A stretch of 64,000 nt of DNA from an uncultured delta proteobacterium (GTDB lineage: Bacteria > Desulfobacterota > Desulfobacteria > Desulfobacterales > Desulfosalsimonadaceae), in assembly GCA_963826785.1 (NCBI GenBank), contig CAWGYD010000005.1:128001-192000 (forward strand). The letters run 5' to 3'. Made by a program: the position numbers and the translations under genes. Below, piece by piece: positions 1-9,008 of the stretch (the first letter of the stretch is position 1; every line of letters begins with the position of its first letter). The notes below the pieces were generated by a model. It did no database searches and had not been told where the DNA came from. It saw only the letters and a program-made list of their open reading frames with translations.

Positions 1-2
1 AG

Positions 3-359
3 TTCGCTTTGATCCTGCGTTCCTATATCCGGAAAGACGAAAACTTCATCGAGCATCCGGACCTGCAGAAAGGGGTGTTGTGGGCGATCGGCCGCCTGGC
101 CGGGCGTTTCCCCCAGTATCTGCCCGAGGCGGATGTACATGTGATCCCGTTTTTGAATTCAAATGATGCCGTGCACCGCGGGTATGCCGCCTGGGCATCA
201 GGCAATCTGACCAGTTTTGCCGCTGTCGGGCCCTTACTCGAATTGATCGAAGATCAAGATGAAATTGAATTGTTTGAGGATTTGAAGGTGAAAGTTGCAA
301 AGGTGGGAATTTTGGCCAGAAACGCCCTTGAAAAAATCAAAGCAAATCAGAAGGAGTGA
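3..359 (+). CDS. HEAT/PBS-lyase-repeat protein (DVU0298-like), 5'-truncated by the window edge
   Basis: Frame open from base 3; helical repeat motifs LQKGVLWAIGRLA and VHRGYAAWASGNL; stop lies 6 nt before the next gene. Confidence 0.65.
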   Translation, partial: FALILRSYIRKDENFIEHPDLQKGVLWAIGRLAGRFPQYLPEADVHVIPFLNSNDAVHRGYAAWASGNLTSFAAVGPLLELIEDQDEIELFEDLKVKVAKVGILARNALEKIKANQKE

Positions 360-365
360 TCGATC

Positions 366-1358
366 ATGTTTGTTTTAGGTTTGCAGGGGAGTCCGCGCAG
401 GAAAGGAAATACCCATTTTCTGCTGTCCGCGTTCCTGACGGAAATGGAAAAAAGAGGGGCGGAAACAATGGCCGTCCACGTGCCGGAAAAGAAAATCCGG
501 CCCTGTACGGGATGCAATGCCTGCGAGCGAAAAGGCGTCTGTTCGCTGCAGGATGACGAAATGAAAGATCTCTATCCGCTGTTTCGCCGCGCCGACATCG
601 TGGTGGCGGCCACCCCCATCTATTTCTACAATGCCACGGCCCAGCTGAAAATCGTCATCGACCGGTCCCAGACCCTTTGGTCGCGCAAATACAAGCTTGA
701 CCTTACCGATCCGGGAAGGCCCCATCGCAAGGGGATTCTGCTGTCGCTGGGGGCGACGAAAGGGAAAAACCTGTTTGAGGGGATGCACCTGACGGCCCGC
801 TACTTTTTTGATGCGGTGGGCGCCGGGTATGCGGGCAGCCTGACCTACTGGCGCATCGAGGAGATCGGGGACATGAAAAACCACCCGGGGGTTCTCGATG
901 ATGTCGGGCAGCTGGCTGAAAAGGTTGATCCTTTGTTCAAGCGGAAAAAGATTTTATTCGCCTGCCGGGAAAATGCCGGCCGAAGCCAGATGGCAGGCGC
1001 CTTCGCCCGTTTTTATGCCGGGGATAAAATCGACGTGATGACCGCCGGCAGCAGCCCTGCTGCAGCAATCAACCCGCTGATGGTGAAGGTGATGGCGGAA
1101 AAAGGGCTGGATCTGGCTTTTATACAGCCGCAGTCGCTGGATACGGTGCTTTCCAAAACCACCCCTGACATGATCGTCACCATGGGATGCGGGGAAGAGT
1201 GCCCGTTTATTCCCGGCACAAAACGCATGGACTGGGATCTGCCCGACCCGGCCGGCCAGGACGAGGATTTCGTGCGCAGGGTCCGCGACGAAATCGAAGA
1301 GCGGGTGAAACAACTGATTGCCGAAGTTACCGGCACATCACCCCTTGTCGATGCCTGA
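366..1358 (+). CDS. Fusion of iron-sulfur flavoprotein (flavodoxin/FMN reductase fold) and LMW-PTP/ArsC-type arsenate reductase
   Basis: N-terminal GSPRRKGNT, CTGCNACERKGVC and TPIYFY; C-terminal P-loop ACRENAGRSQMA (CX5R), TMGCGEECP and WDLPDP; AAGGAG RBS upstream. Confidence 0.85.
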   Translation: MFVLGLQGSPRRKGNTHFLLSAFLTEMEKRGAETMAVHVPEKKIRPCTGCNACERKGVCSLQDDEMKDLYPLFRRADIVVAATPIYFYNATAQLKIVIDRSQTLWSRKYKLDLTDPGRPHRKGILLSLGATKGKNLFEGMHLTARYFFDAVGAGYAGSLTYWRIEEIGDMKNHPGVLDDVGQLAEKVDPLFKRKKILFACRENAGRSQMAGAFARFYAGDKIDVMTAGSSPAAAINPLMVKVMAEKGLDLAFIQPQSLDTVLSKTTPDMIVTMGCGEECPFIPGTKRMDWDLPDPAGQDEDFVRRVRDEIEERVKQLIAEVTGTSPLVDA

Positions 1359-1636
1359 CGGACCCGCGAACAGGAATCTGGTCACTCAGGGATCTTTTTG
1401 CCGGCCGGGACAGCTCATCAGCGCTATGCATGAAGTTTGGGCATCGGCGAGCCAGTTGAATCGGTTTTGAAGGCAAAAATCTCCAATTCGCTCTCCAGAT
1501 CCCTGCTCACGTGCCCGTCAGGAGATCGGTCGTTTAAAATTCAGACCATGACCGCTATCCTGAGGTACGCCCATAGGGCTCTCCCGGCGAAACATTGCTC
1601 AGAGTGTAAATGCTTCCTGATGAAGCGGCAAATTCC

Positions 1637-3010
1637 ATGAAAGAAATCGATTCTTCCCGCATTCAGGTGTTAAACGACGGCGACATCCGGGACGGGTCGT
1701 ATGTGCTTTACTGGATGCAGCAGTCCCAGCGGGTGCAATTTAATCATGCCCTGGCCTATGCCGTCGAACTGGCCGACCATTATCAGAAATCGGTCTTGGC
1801 TGCTTTTGTTGTCGATCCGGACTATCCTGAAGCCAACCACCGCCACTTCCGGTTCATGCTGGAAGGGATCATGGAAGTGCGCCAACAGCTGAAAGATCTT
1901 GGCATTCAACTGGTGCTGCGGGTGGGCAGTCCGCCGGAGGTCATCGGAAATATGGCCCCCGCGTGCGCCATGGTGGTGTGCGACCGGGGGTACCTCCGGC
2001 ATCAGATCAAATGGCGCGCCGCACTTGCGGAAAATTCCCCCTGCCGGGTGGTCCAGGTGGAAAGCGATGCGGTCGTACCCGTAGAAACCGCTTCAACGAA
2101 GGCGGAATATGCCGCAAGGACCCTGCGTCCCAAAATTACCCGGCAGCTGGACCGCTATTTGAAACCCATCCGTATTTTTCCCCCGAAAAGATCTTCCCTG
2201 GATCTGGATGTCAAAAGTATTTCCATCGGCGGCTTGGACGATTTCATCGATTCGTTAAAAATCGATATGAGCGTCTCCCCGGTCACCCGGTTTTACAAGG
2301 GGGGCCCCTCAAGGGCCGAGCAGGTTTTCACATCGTTTCTGAAGCATAATCTCAATTACTATCCGGATGATCACAACCAGCCCCAGAAGGATTCCATGTC
2401 CCACATGAGCATGTACCTTCATTTCGGCCAGGTTTCTTCCCTGGATCTGGCCCTGAGGGTAAAAGATGCGGGCGCCGTTTCCGAATCGGCCCGGGAAGCC
2501 TATCTGGAGCAGTTGATCGTACGCCGCGAACTGGCGGTAAATCTTGTCTTCCATAAATCTGATTATGATCGCTACGCCTCTATTCCGGGGTGGGCCGGGG
2601 AAACCCTGGATCAGCATCGCGGGGACAGGCGTGAGCACCTATACCGTGCCGAAGAACTCGAAAACGGACAAACCCATGATCCTTACTGGAATGCCGCCAT
2701 GGGGGAAATGGCTGTGACCGGATACATGCACAATTACATGCGCATGTACTGGGGAAAGAAAATCCTGGAGTGGTCCGAATCGCCCGAAGCCGCATACCAG
2801 TCCATGCTGTATTTGAATAATAAATATTTTGTCGACGGCCGGGACCCCAATTCATATGCGGGCGTCGGCTGGATTTTCGGGCTCCATGACCGGGCCTGGA
2901 AGGAACGCGGGGTGTACGGTAAGATCCGGTACATGGCCGCCTCGGGTCTTGAGCGAAAATGCGATATCGGGGCCTATGTCGACCGGATCGGCCGGCTGGC
3001 CGGGAAGTAG
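1637..3010 (+). CDS. phr: Deoxyribodipyrimidine photolyase, class II
   Basis: VLYWMQQSQR, SMYLHFGQVS, EQLIVRRELA, THDPYWNAA, GYMHNYMRMYWGKKILEW, DGRDPNSY, GKIRYM. Start placed at ATG 1637; 1610 is an alternative. Confidence 0.92.
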   Translation: MKEIDSSRIQVLNDGDIRDGSYVLYWMQQSQRVQFNHALAYAVELADHYQKSVLAAFVVDPDYPEANHRHFRFMLEGIMEVRQQLKDLGIQLVLRVGSPPEVIGNMAPACAMVVCDRGYLRHQIKWRAALAENSPCRVVQVESDAVVPVETASTKAEYAARTLRPKITRQLDRYLKPIRIFPPKRSSLDLDVKSISIGGLDDFIDSLKIDMSVSPVTRFYKGGPSRAEQVFTSFLKHNLNYYPDDHNQPQKDSMSHMSMYLHFGQVSSLDLALRVKDAGAVSESAREAYLEQLIVRRELAVNLVFHKSDYDRYASIPGWAGETLDQHRGDRREHLYRAEELENGQTHDPYWNAAMGEMAVTGYMHNYMRMYWGKKILEWSESPEAAYQSMLYLNNKYFVDGRDPNSYAGVGWIFGLHDRAWKERGVYGKIRYMAASGLERKCDIGAYVDRIGRLAGK

Positions 3011-3098
3011 CGGTGCATTTGACATTTTGGGATATATTTTTACTTTACATAAAGCAACTGATGTCAACCCGGCATATTTGAATTAAGGATAAGAAAAG

Positions 3099-3650
3099 AT
3101 GAATTATTGCGCCCACTGCGGTAAGCCCATCAGCTGGAAAACGCCCGAAGGTGATGACCGGGAGCGTTTTGTCTGCGAATCCTGTGATATTGTCTATTAT
3201 CAGAATCCGAAAATGGTGGTCGGCTGTCTTCCCGTGTGGGAGAACAAGATCCTGCTGATCCGCCGGGGCATCGAACCGAGGCACGGCAAATGGACCCTGC
3301 CGGCCGGGTATCTTGAAAACGGGGAAACCGTCATAGAGGGAGCCGCCCGGGAAACCCTGGAAGAATCCGGGGCCCGGGTGGCGCAGCTGGAGCCTTATAC
3401 CCTGTATCATGTGTTTCCCATCAACCAGATCTACATGATTTTCAGGGCGCAGCTGTCGAACATGGAATTTACCGTCGGCCCCGAAAGCTCAAGCGTCCGG
3501 CTTTTTGAAGAATCGGATATTCCCTGGGACGAACTGGCCTTCAAGGTGGTTGAAAAAACCCTCCGGCAATATTTCATAGACTTGCCCCACAACCTTTTTC
3601 CTTTCCATATCGGCGATATCCACTTAGATCCCAAATTGATGAGCCATTGA
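3099..3650 (+). CDS. NUDIX hydrolase with N-terminal zinc ribbon
   Basis: CAHCG...CESC zinc ribbon, YQNPK, Nudix box [22 protein letters not shown]. Confidence 0.9.
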   Translation: MNYCAHCGKPISWKTPEGDDRERFVCESCDIVYYQNPKMVVGCLPVWENKILLIRRGIEPRHGKWTLPAGYLENGETVIEGAARETLEESGARVAQLEPYTLYHVFPINQIYMIFRAQLSNMEFTVGPESSSVRLFEESDIPWDELAFKVVEKTLRQYFIDLPHNLFPFHIGDIHLDPKLMSH

Positions 3651-3700
3651 TCATATTTACGCCCTGATTTCTTCTTCGGCAAACCATATGCGATTCTGCC

Positions 3701-3730
3701 TTGACATGGGATTTTTGCAGGGTCTATTAT
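3701..3730 (+). promoter_or_regulatory. Putative sigma-70 promoter of the hdr cluster
   Basis: TTGACA (3701-3706), 18-nt spacer, TATTAT (3725-3730), ~95 nt before hdrC. Confidence 0.6.
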
Positions 3731-3824
3731 GAGCATTTGCTGAAAACTCGGGGGTGAATCGATTTATGGATTGACCTGCCGGATCGAATCCATATTTTAT
3801 GGGTTCAAACTATGGAATATTTAG

Positions 3825-4364
3825 ATGGATGATTTAAAACTCCGACAGGAACTGCTTGAAACCATCAGCGGGAAAAAGATTTCCGGCTGTATCCAGTGCG
3901 GTACCTGCAGCGCCTCCTGCCCGTTTGCACACCTGATGGATCATGCCCCGCGCGAACTCTTTGCGCTGGCGCGCGACGGAGAGATGGCGGTGGTTCTTTC
4001 TTCGAATACCCCCTGGTTCTGTGTTTCCTGCTACCAGTGCATGTCCAGGTGCCCCCGGCAGATCCCGGTGACGGACATCATGTACACCTTGAAACAGATG
4101 GCCCACCGATACGGCAGTGTTCCGCCGGTCCATAAAATGCCCGATATGTACAGGCTGTTCAAAAGCGAGGTGGTGCGGAAAGGGCGGGTCAACGGAACAC
4201 TTTTGATGGGCCGCTACGGTATGGTGCATCCCGGCGACATGATGGGCAAGATCGGCATCGGGCTTTCACTGCTTAAGAAAAGGCGTGTGGATCTCAAATC
4301 CGAAAAAATACGCCGGCCGGGTCATCTTGGCTGCCTGCTGGAAAAAGGAAAAGACGGGAAATGA
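3825..4364 (+). CDS. hdrC: Heterodisulfide reductase subunit C-like 2[4Fe-4S] protein
   Basis: CIQCGTCSASCP and WFCVSCYQCMSRCPRQI; ATGA overlap with hdrB. Confidence 0.88.
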   Translation: MDDLKLRQELLETISGKKISGCIQCGTCSASCPFAHLMDHAPRELFALARDGEMAVVLSSNTPWFCVSCYQCMSRCPRQIPVTDIMYTLKQMAHRYGSVPPVHKMPDMYRLFKSEVVRKGRVNGTLLMGRYGMVHPGDMMGKIGIGLSLLKKRRVDLKSEKIRRPGHLGCLLEKGKDGK

Positions 4365-5212
4365 AATACGGATTCTATCCCGGATGCGCCTTTCAGACCG
4401 AGTCCGGGTGCAAGGCCTCGGTGGAGGCGGTTTCACGGCATGCCGGCATCGAGCTCAATTATCTGGATGACTGGAACTGCTGCGGGGCCACGGTGGCGGT
4501 AAGCCTTAGTGAAAATGACGGCCTGGTCCTTCCGGCGCGCAATTTCGCGCTGGCTTCCCGCCAGGGGCTGGACACACTGATTACCACCTGCAATGCCTGC
4601 TATACCTCACTGAAAAAAGCGCACAAAATGATTTCCAAATCCCCTGCCGTTTGCGAGCGCATCAACCATCAACTGGCCGGACAGGGGCTTGCGATCGAGC
4701 GGCTCCCCGAGGTCCGGCACCTGCTGGATGTTCTGGTCCATGATATACCCGAAACCACCTGGAATATGCGCCGGGAAACAGGGCCGGTGCAGGTGGCCGC
4801 GTATTATGGCTGCCAATTCACCCGGCCCTGGGAGGACCTGGGCCATCCCGAGCGGCCGGACGTCATGGAGACGTTTTTTTCGCGGCTCGGCTTAGCGGTG
4901 GTGGACCATTCGGCCAGAACCCTGTGCTGCGGTGCTTCCCATTTCTTCCCCTATGAGAGCGACTGCCTGCCGCTCATCGGACGGATCATCGGGGAGATGA
5001 GGCGAAAAGGCGCGCAGGTGATCGGCACCATCTGCCCCATGTGCCAGTTGAACCTGGAGGCGGCACAGGCCAAACTGCCCGGAAAGCCCCTCCCGGTCCT
5101 GTATTTTACCCAGCTGGCCGGACTGGCGCTGGGCATGGACCCGGAAAGTCTGGATATTCAGAAACTCGTCATTCCCGCAGATGAATACCTGAAAGCGTTT
5201 AAACGGATTTGA
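4361..5212 (+). CDS. hdrB: Heterodisulfide reductase subunit B (two CCG domains)
   Basis: FYPGC, DWNCCGA, TCNACY, AYYGCQ, LCCGAS, ICPMCQLNL, PVLYFTQL. Confidence 0.92.
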   Translation: MKYGFYPGCAFQTESGCKASVEAVSRHAGIELNYLDDWNCCGATVAVSLSENDGLVLPARNFALASRQGLDTLITTCNACYTSLKKAHKMISKSPAVCERINHQLAGQGLAIERLPEVRHLLDVLVHDIPETTWNMRRETGPVQVAAYYGCQFTRPWEDLGHPERPDVMETFFSRLGLAVVDHSARTLCCGASHFFPYESDCLPLIGRIIGEMRRKGAQVIGTICPMCQLNLEAAQAKLPGKPLPVLYFTQLAGLALGMDPESLDIQKLVIPADEYLKAFKRI

Positions 5213-7179
5213 TGATGAGCGAAACCATCAGAATCGGCGTATATGTCTGCCACTGCGGCACGAATATCTCCCCCCGGGTGGATGTGGCCGCCCTTTCGGA
5301 ATTTGCCGGCACCCTTGATCATGTGGCGGTATCCCGGGATTACAAGTTCATGTGCTCTGCGCCGGGGCAGGAATTTATCGTAAACGATATCCATGAAAAA
5401 GGGCTGAACCGGGTGGTAGTGGCTTCCTGCTCGCCCCGGATGCACGAACCCACCTTCCGCAGGGCCTGCGAGAAGGCCGGCATCAACGCGCATTACTTTC
5501 AGATGGCCAACATCCGGGAGCAGGCCTCCTGGGTGACCACGGATTCCGCCGAAGCCACCCAAAAAGCAAAGGCCGCCGTGTCCGCCGCCGTTGCCCGGGT
5601 GGCATTTCACACGCCCTTATCCAGCCGGGAAGTCCCGGTGAAAAAATCGGTCCTGGTGGTGGGCGGCGGCATCGCGGGCATCCAGGCGGCCATAACGGCA
5701 GCGGAGGCCGGTTACCAGGTGTTTCTGGTGGAGCGGGAGCCCTCCATCGGCGGCAACATGGCCAAATTCGACAAGACCTTTCCCTCCCTGGATTGCGCGG
5801 CCTGTATCATGACCCCGAAGATGGTGGAAGTCAGCCAGCATGAAAATATCGAACTGATGACCTTCAGTGAAGTGGCGGCCCTCGAGGGGTTTGTGGGCAA
5901 TTTCAAGGTGCGGGTGCGCCACAAGCCCAGGTTCGTCGATGCCGGAAAATGTACGGGGTGCGGCATCTGTTCGGAAAAATGCCCGGCAAAAGCCCCTTCC
6001 GAGTTCGATCATCATCTGAGTGTCCGCAAGGCGATCTATTCCCCCTTTCCCCAGGCCGTGCCGAAAACACCGGTAATCGATATTGAAAATTGCATCTATT
6101 TCAAGAAAGGCCGCTGCCGGGCCTGCGAGAAATTCTGCGAAGCCGGGGCCGTTGATTTCAACCAGGCAGAGACGTTTTCGGACATCGAGGTGGGGGCGGT
6201 GATCCTGGCCACCGGTTTCAAGGCGTTTGACCCCGCCCCCATGGTCTCCTACGGGTATGGCATTTTCCCGGAAGTATATACCAGCCTGGAGTTTGAGCGC
6301 TTAAACAACGCCACCGGCCCCACCGCCGGGGCCATACGGACAAAGGACGGCAAAACCCCGAAGCGGGTGGCCATCGTTCATTGTGTCGGCTCCCGGGACT
6401 TGCGCCACCATGCCTACTGCTCCCGGGTGTGCTGCATGTATTCCATGAAATTCGCCCACCTGGTGCGGGAGAAGACCGGGGCCGAAGTATGGGAATTCTA
6501 CATCGATATCCGCTCACCCGGCAAGGCGTATGAGGAATTTTACAACCGGGTGCAGGAAGAGGGGGTTCACCTGGTCCGGGGCCGGGTGGCCGAGGTCACC
6601 GACATTTTCGACAACCCGGCTGATGAGGGCCGGCTCACCGTGGTGGCGGAAAATACCCTGACCCGCAGGACCCTGCGCATACCCGTGGACATGGTGATCC
6701 TGGGGGTGGGACTGGAACCGGCGGACGGCGCGGACGACATGGGCCGGCTCATGGGGGTGCAGCGGGATGCGGACGGGTGGTTCAACGAACTGCACGTGAA
6801 GCTCGCCCCGGTAAAAACCGCCATGAACGGCATATTTCTCGCCGGGTGCTGCCAGGGGCCCAAGGACATCCCGGACACGGTGGCCCAGGCATCGGCCGCG
6901 GCCGGGGAGGCGGTGTCCCTGCTGTCGAAGGGGACCGTGACCACCCGGGCGGAGGTTTCCTTTATCGACCCGGACCTGTGTTCGGGCTGCCGGACCTGTA
7001 TCTCGGTCTGCCCTTATTCGGCCATCTCCATGGACGAGAAGCAAAATGTGGCCGTGGTCAATGAAGCCCTCTGCCAGGGATGCGGCAGCTGCGCCGCGGC
7101 CTGCCCCGGCAGCGCGGCCTCGGTGCGCCATTTCACCGACAGACAGGTCATGGCCGAGTTGGAGGGGATTTTCCCGTGA
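5209..7179 (+). CDS. hdrA: Heterodisulfide reductase subunit A (FAD, Fe-S)
   Basis: RIGVYVCHCGTNI, ASCSPRMHE, GGGIAG, DKTFPSLDCAAC, HCVGSRD, YCSRVCCMYS, GCCQGPKDIP, C-terminal ferredoxin. Start is 5209, 5212 or 5215. Confidence 0.95.
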   Translation: MMMSETIRIGVYVCHCGTNISPRVDVAALSEFAGTLDHVAVSRDYKFMCSAPGQEFIVNDIHEKGLNRVVVASCSPRMHEPTFRRACEKAGINAHYFQMANIREQASWVTTDSAEATQKAKAAVSAAVARVAFHTPLSSREVPVKKSVLVVGGGIAGIQAAITAAEAGYQVFLVEREPSIGGNMAKFDKTFPSLDCAACIMTPKMVEVSQHENIELMTFSEVAALEGFVGNFKVRVRHKPRFVDAGKCTGCGICSEKCPAKAPSEFDHHLSVRKAIYSPFPQAVPKTPVIDIENCIYFKKGRCRACEKFCEAGAVDFNQAETFSDIEVGAVILATGFKAFDPAPMVSYGYGIFPEVYTSLEFERLNNATGPTAGAIRTKDGKTPKRVAIVHCVGSRDLRHHAYCSRVCCMYSMKFAHLVREKTGAEVWEFYIDIRSPGKAYEEFYNRVQEEGVHLVRGRVAEVTDIFDNPADEGRLTVVAENTLTRRTLRIPVDMVILGVGLEPADGADDMGRLMGVQRDADGWFNELHVKLAPVKTAMNGIFLAGCCQGPKDIPDTVAQASAAAGEAVSLLSKGTVTTRAEVSFIDPDLCSGCRTCISVCPYSAISMDEKQNVAVVNEALCQGCGSCAAACPGSAASVRHFTDRQVMAELEGIFP

Positions 7180-7230
7180 TTTTGAAAAGAGACATGCTCT
7201 TTAAAGATCAACTAAATCGATGTTTTTATC

Positions 7231-7297
7231 GTCACCCCGGCGGAGGCCGGGGTCCAGAACGGCTGAACATCTGGATTCCGGCCTCCGCTGGAAGGAC
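7231..7297. repeat. REP-like nested palindromic element between hdrA and mvhD
   Basis: GTCACCCCGGCGGAGGCCGGGGTCCAG-N13-CTGGATTCCGGCCTCCGCTGGAAGGAC; the 20-mer GATTCCGGCCTCCGCTGGAA recurs exactly at 56491-56510. Confidence 0.75.
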
Positions 7298-7322
7298 AAA
7301 TGCTTTGGTACGAGGCGAAGAA

Positions 7323-7745
7323 ATGACTGAATATGAACCCAAGATCATTGCCATGGTGTGCAACTGGTGCACCTACACCGCGGCGGACCTGGCCGGCACC
7401 TCGCGGCTTTCGTATCCGTCCAATGTGCGGATCATCCGGCTGATGTGCACCGGCATGATCGATGTGAAGCACATCATCAAGGCCTTCCTGGAAGGGGCGG
7501 ACGGCGTTTTCATCGGCGGATGCCACCCCGGGGACTGCCACTACATCAACGGCAATTTGAAAGCCGAAAAGCGGATCAGGGGCGTGGGCAAGATCCTGGC
7601 GCAGTTCGGGTTTGATGCCGGCCGCCTGGAACTCCAATGGATCGGCGCCAGCGAAGGGCCGGAGTTTCAGCGCCACATGACCCGGTTCGTGGAACATATC
7701 AGGGAACTGGGACCCAGCCAGACACAGGACAGAATGATCTTGTAG
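7323..7745 (+). CDS. mvhD: MvhD/FlxD-family [2Fe-2S] subunit
   Basis: PKIIAMVCNWCTYTAADLAG, RLMCTG, GCHPGDCHYINGN, WIGASEG; true start ATG 7323, not 7080. Confidence 0.92.
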   Translation: MTEYEPKIIAMVCNWCTYTAADLAGTSRLSYPSNVRIIRLMCTGMIDVKHIIKAFLEGADGVFIGGCHPGDCHYINGNLKAEKRIRGVGKILAQFGFDAGRLELQWIGASEGPEFQRHMTRFVEHIRELGPSQTQDRMIL

Positions 7746-7825
7746 GCGATCAATGAATACATAATTGTTTACCAGCTTGAGGTAGAGATTTTCCCAATAT
7801 TCTATAAATTGTCCCGAAGCCTCCA

Positions 7826-7857
7826 TTCCCCCCTTGAGGGGGGATAAAGGGGGGTGT
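7826..7857. repeat. C-rich/G-rich palindromic REP-like unit
   Basis: TTCCCCCCTTGAGGGGGGATAAAGGGGGGTGT; same family as 46430-46460 and 60948-60984. Confidence 0.7.
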
Positions 7858-7889
7858 TGGGGCTGATCGAGCAAAGTATGGATTAATCC

Positions 7890-9008
7890 ATGGAATTGAT
7901 TTCAACAATTAAAACCCGATCAAAACCCTCCGAGGCGGTTTCTGAATTCTGAGGCCGACTGCTTTCCGAAAAGCAGGTGGATGCTGTTCTGGTCGCGGCA
8001 AACACGCCGTATTCCGATCTGCCCATGCCGGCTTTGATCACCGACCCGGAACAGATGACGGCGGCCCGCCCCCTTGCACCGGCCGCCCCGTTCAATGCCG
8101 CCCGCCAGGCAAGCGCGGTGCTGCGGCAGAAAACGGGCAAACGGATCGCCCTGGTGCTCCGGCCCTGCGAGGTCCGGGCCCTGATCGAGTTGGCCAAGCT
8201 CAACCAGTGCAGCCTGGACAACGCCCTGCTCATCAGCTTTGAATGCGCCGGCCGCATGGAAAATGCGGATTTTCTGGAACAGGTGAAACAGGACCCGGCG
8301 TTTTTCGAAAAGTTCAACCTGATGGCGGACCCATCAACCCTCATCTGTCCCTCCTGCCGGGCTTGCACGCACTTTGCGCCAACCGGCGCAGATATTGTAT
8401 TCAACCTGATATCCGTCCCCGCAGACCAGTACATCGGCATCAGCGCCGGCACGGAAGCGGGCCGGGACCTGATTGAGAAGCTGAAGATCGGTGCAGAAGA
8501 TGCCATCCGGCCACAGGATGAGCGGATGGCGGAGTTAAAATCAAAGCGGCAAGCGGAAAAAGAGGCCCTGGCAGCGCGGGTTTCGGATGAGACCGGGCGC
8601 ATGGAAAAATTCCAGCACTACTTTGCCCACTGCCTGAACTGCTCCAACTGCCGGGTGGCCTGCCCGGTCTGCTACTGCCGGGAGTGCGTGTTTGTCACCG
8701 AGGCGTTTGACTACCCGCCCGAAATCCTGTTCAGGCGGGCGGAGAAAAAGGGGATGATCAAGCTCCCCCAGGACACCTCCATGTTCCATCTCACCCGCAT
8801 GGCCCACATGGCGCACGCCTGCGTGGGCTGCGGCCAGTGCAGCAGCGCCTGCCCCAGCCATATCCCGGTGGCAGACGTTTTCATCGCGGTGGGCCAACAG
8901 GTCCAGGAGCTTTACGGGTACGAACCGGGACGGGACCTTGCAGAAAAAATCCCGCTGCTCGATTTTGGGGCCGTATCGGAAAAGCAAAAACAGGATATCC
9001 ATCATTGA
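7890..9008 (+). CDS. FdhB/FrhB-like 4Fe-4S protein; in-frame TGA at codon 21
   Basis: ATG 7890 is in frame with ORF 7977-9008 (MELIST...SEF*GRLLSEKQVDAVLV); LRPCEVRALIEL, CLNCSNCRVACPVCYCREC, CVGCGQCSSACP. Meaning of TGA 7950-7952 is unresolved. Confidence 0.78.

Noticed and set aside
1359..1636. Small gene or ncRNA between the Isf-ArsC gene and phr
   Set aside because: Short ORFs on both strands lack RBS and motifs, and no recognisable RNA structure was found.
3750..3795. Rex operator in the hdr leader
   Set aside because: Only a weak half match (GGTGAA...TTTATG); the nearby TATGGATT/AATCCATA inverted repeat could not be assigned.
7080..7322. 81-aa N-terminal extension of MvhD
   Set aside because: It overlaps the hdrA end and a palindromic repeat; the family-typical start is ATG 7323.
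5209..7745. Selenocysteine in HdrA or MvhD
   Set aside because: Both frames are uninterrupted and use Cys at the usual Sec positions.
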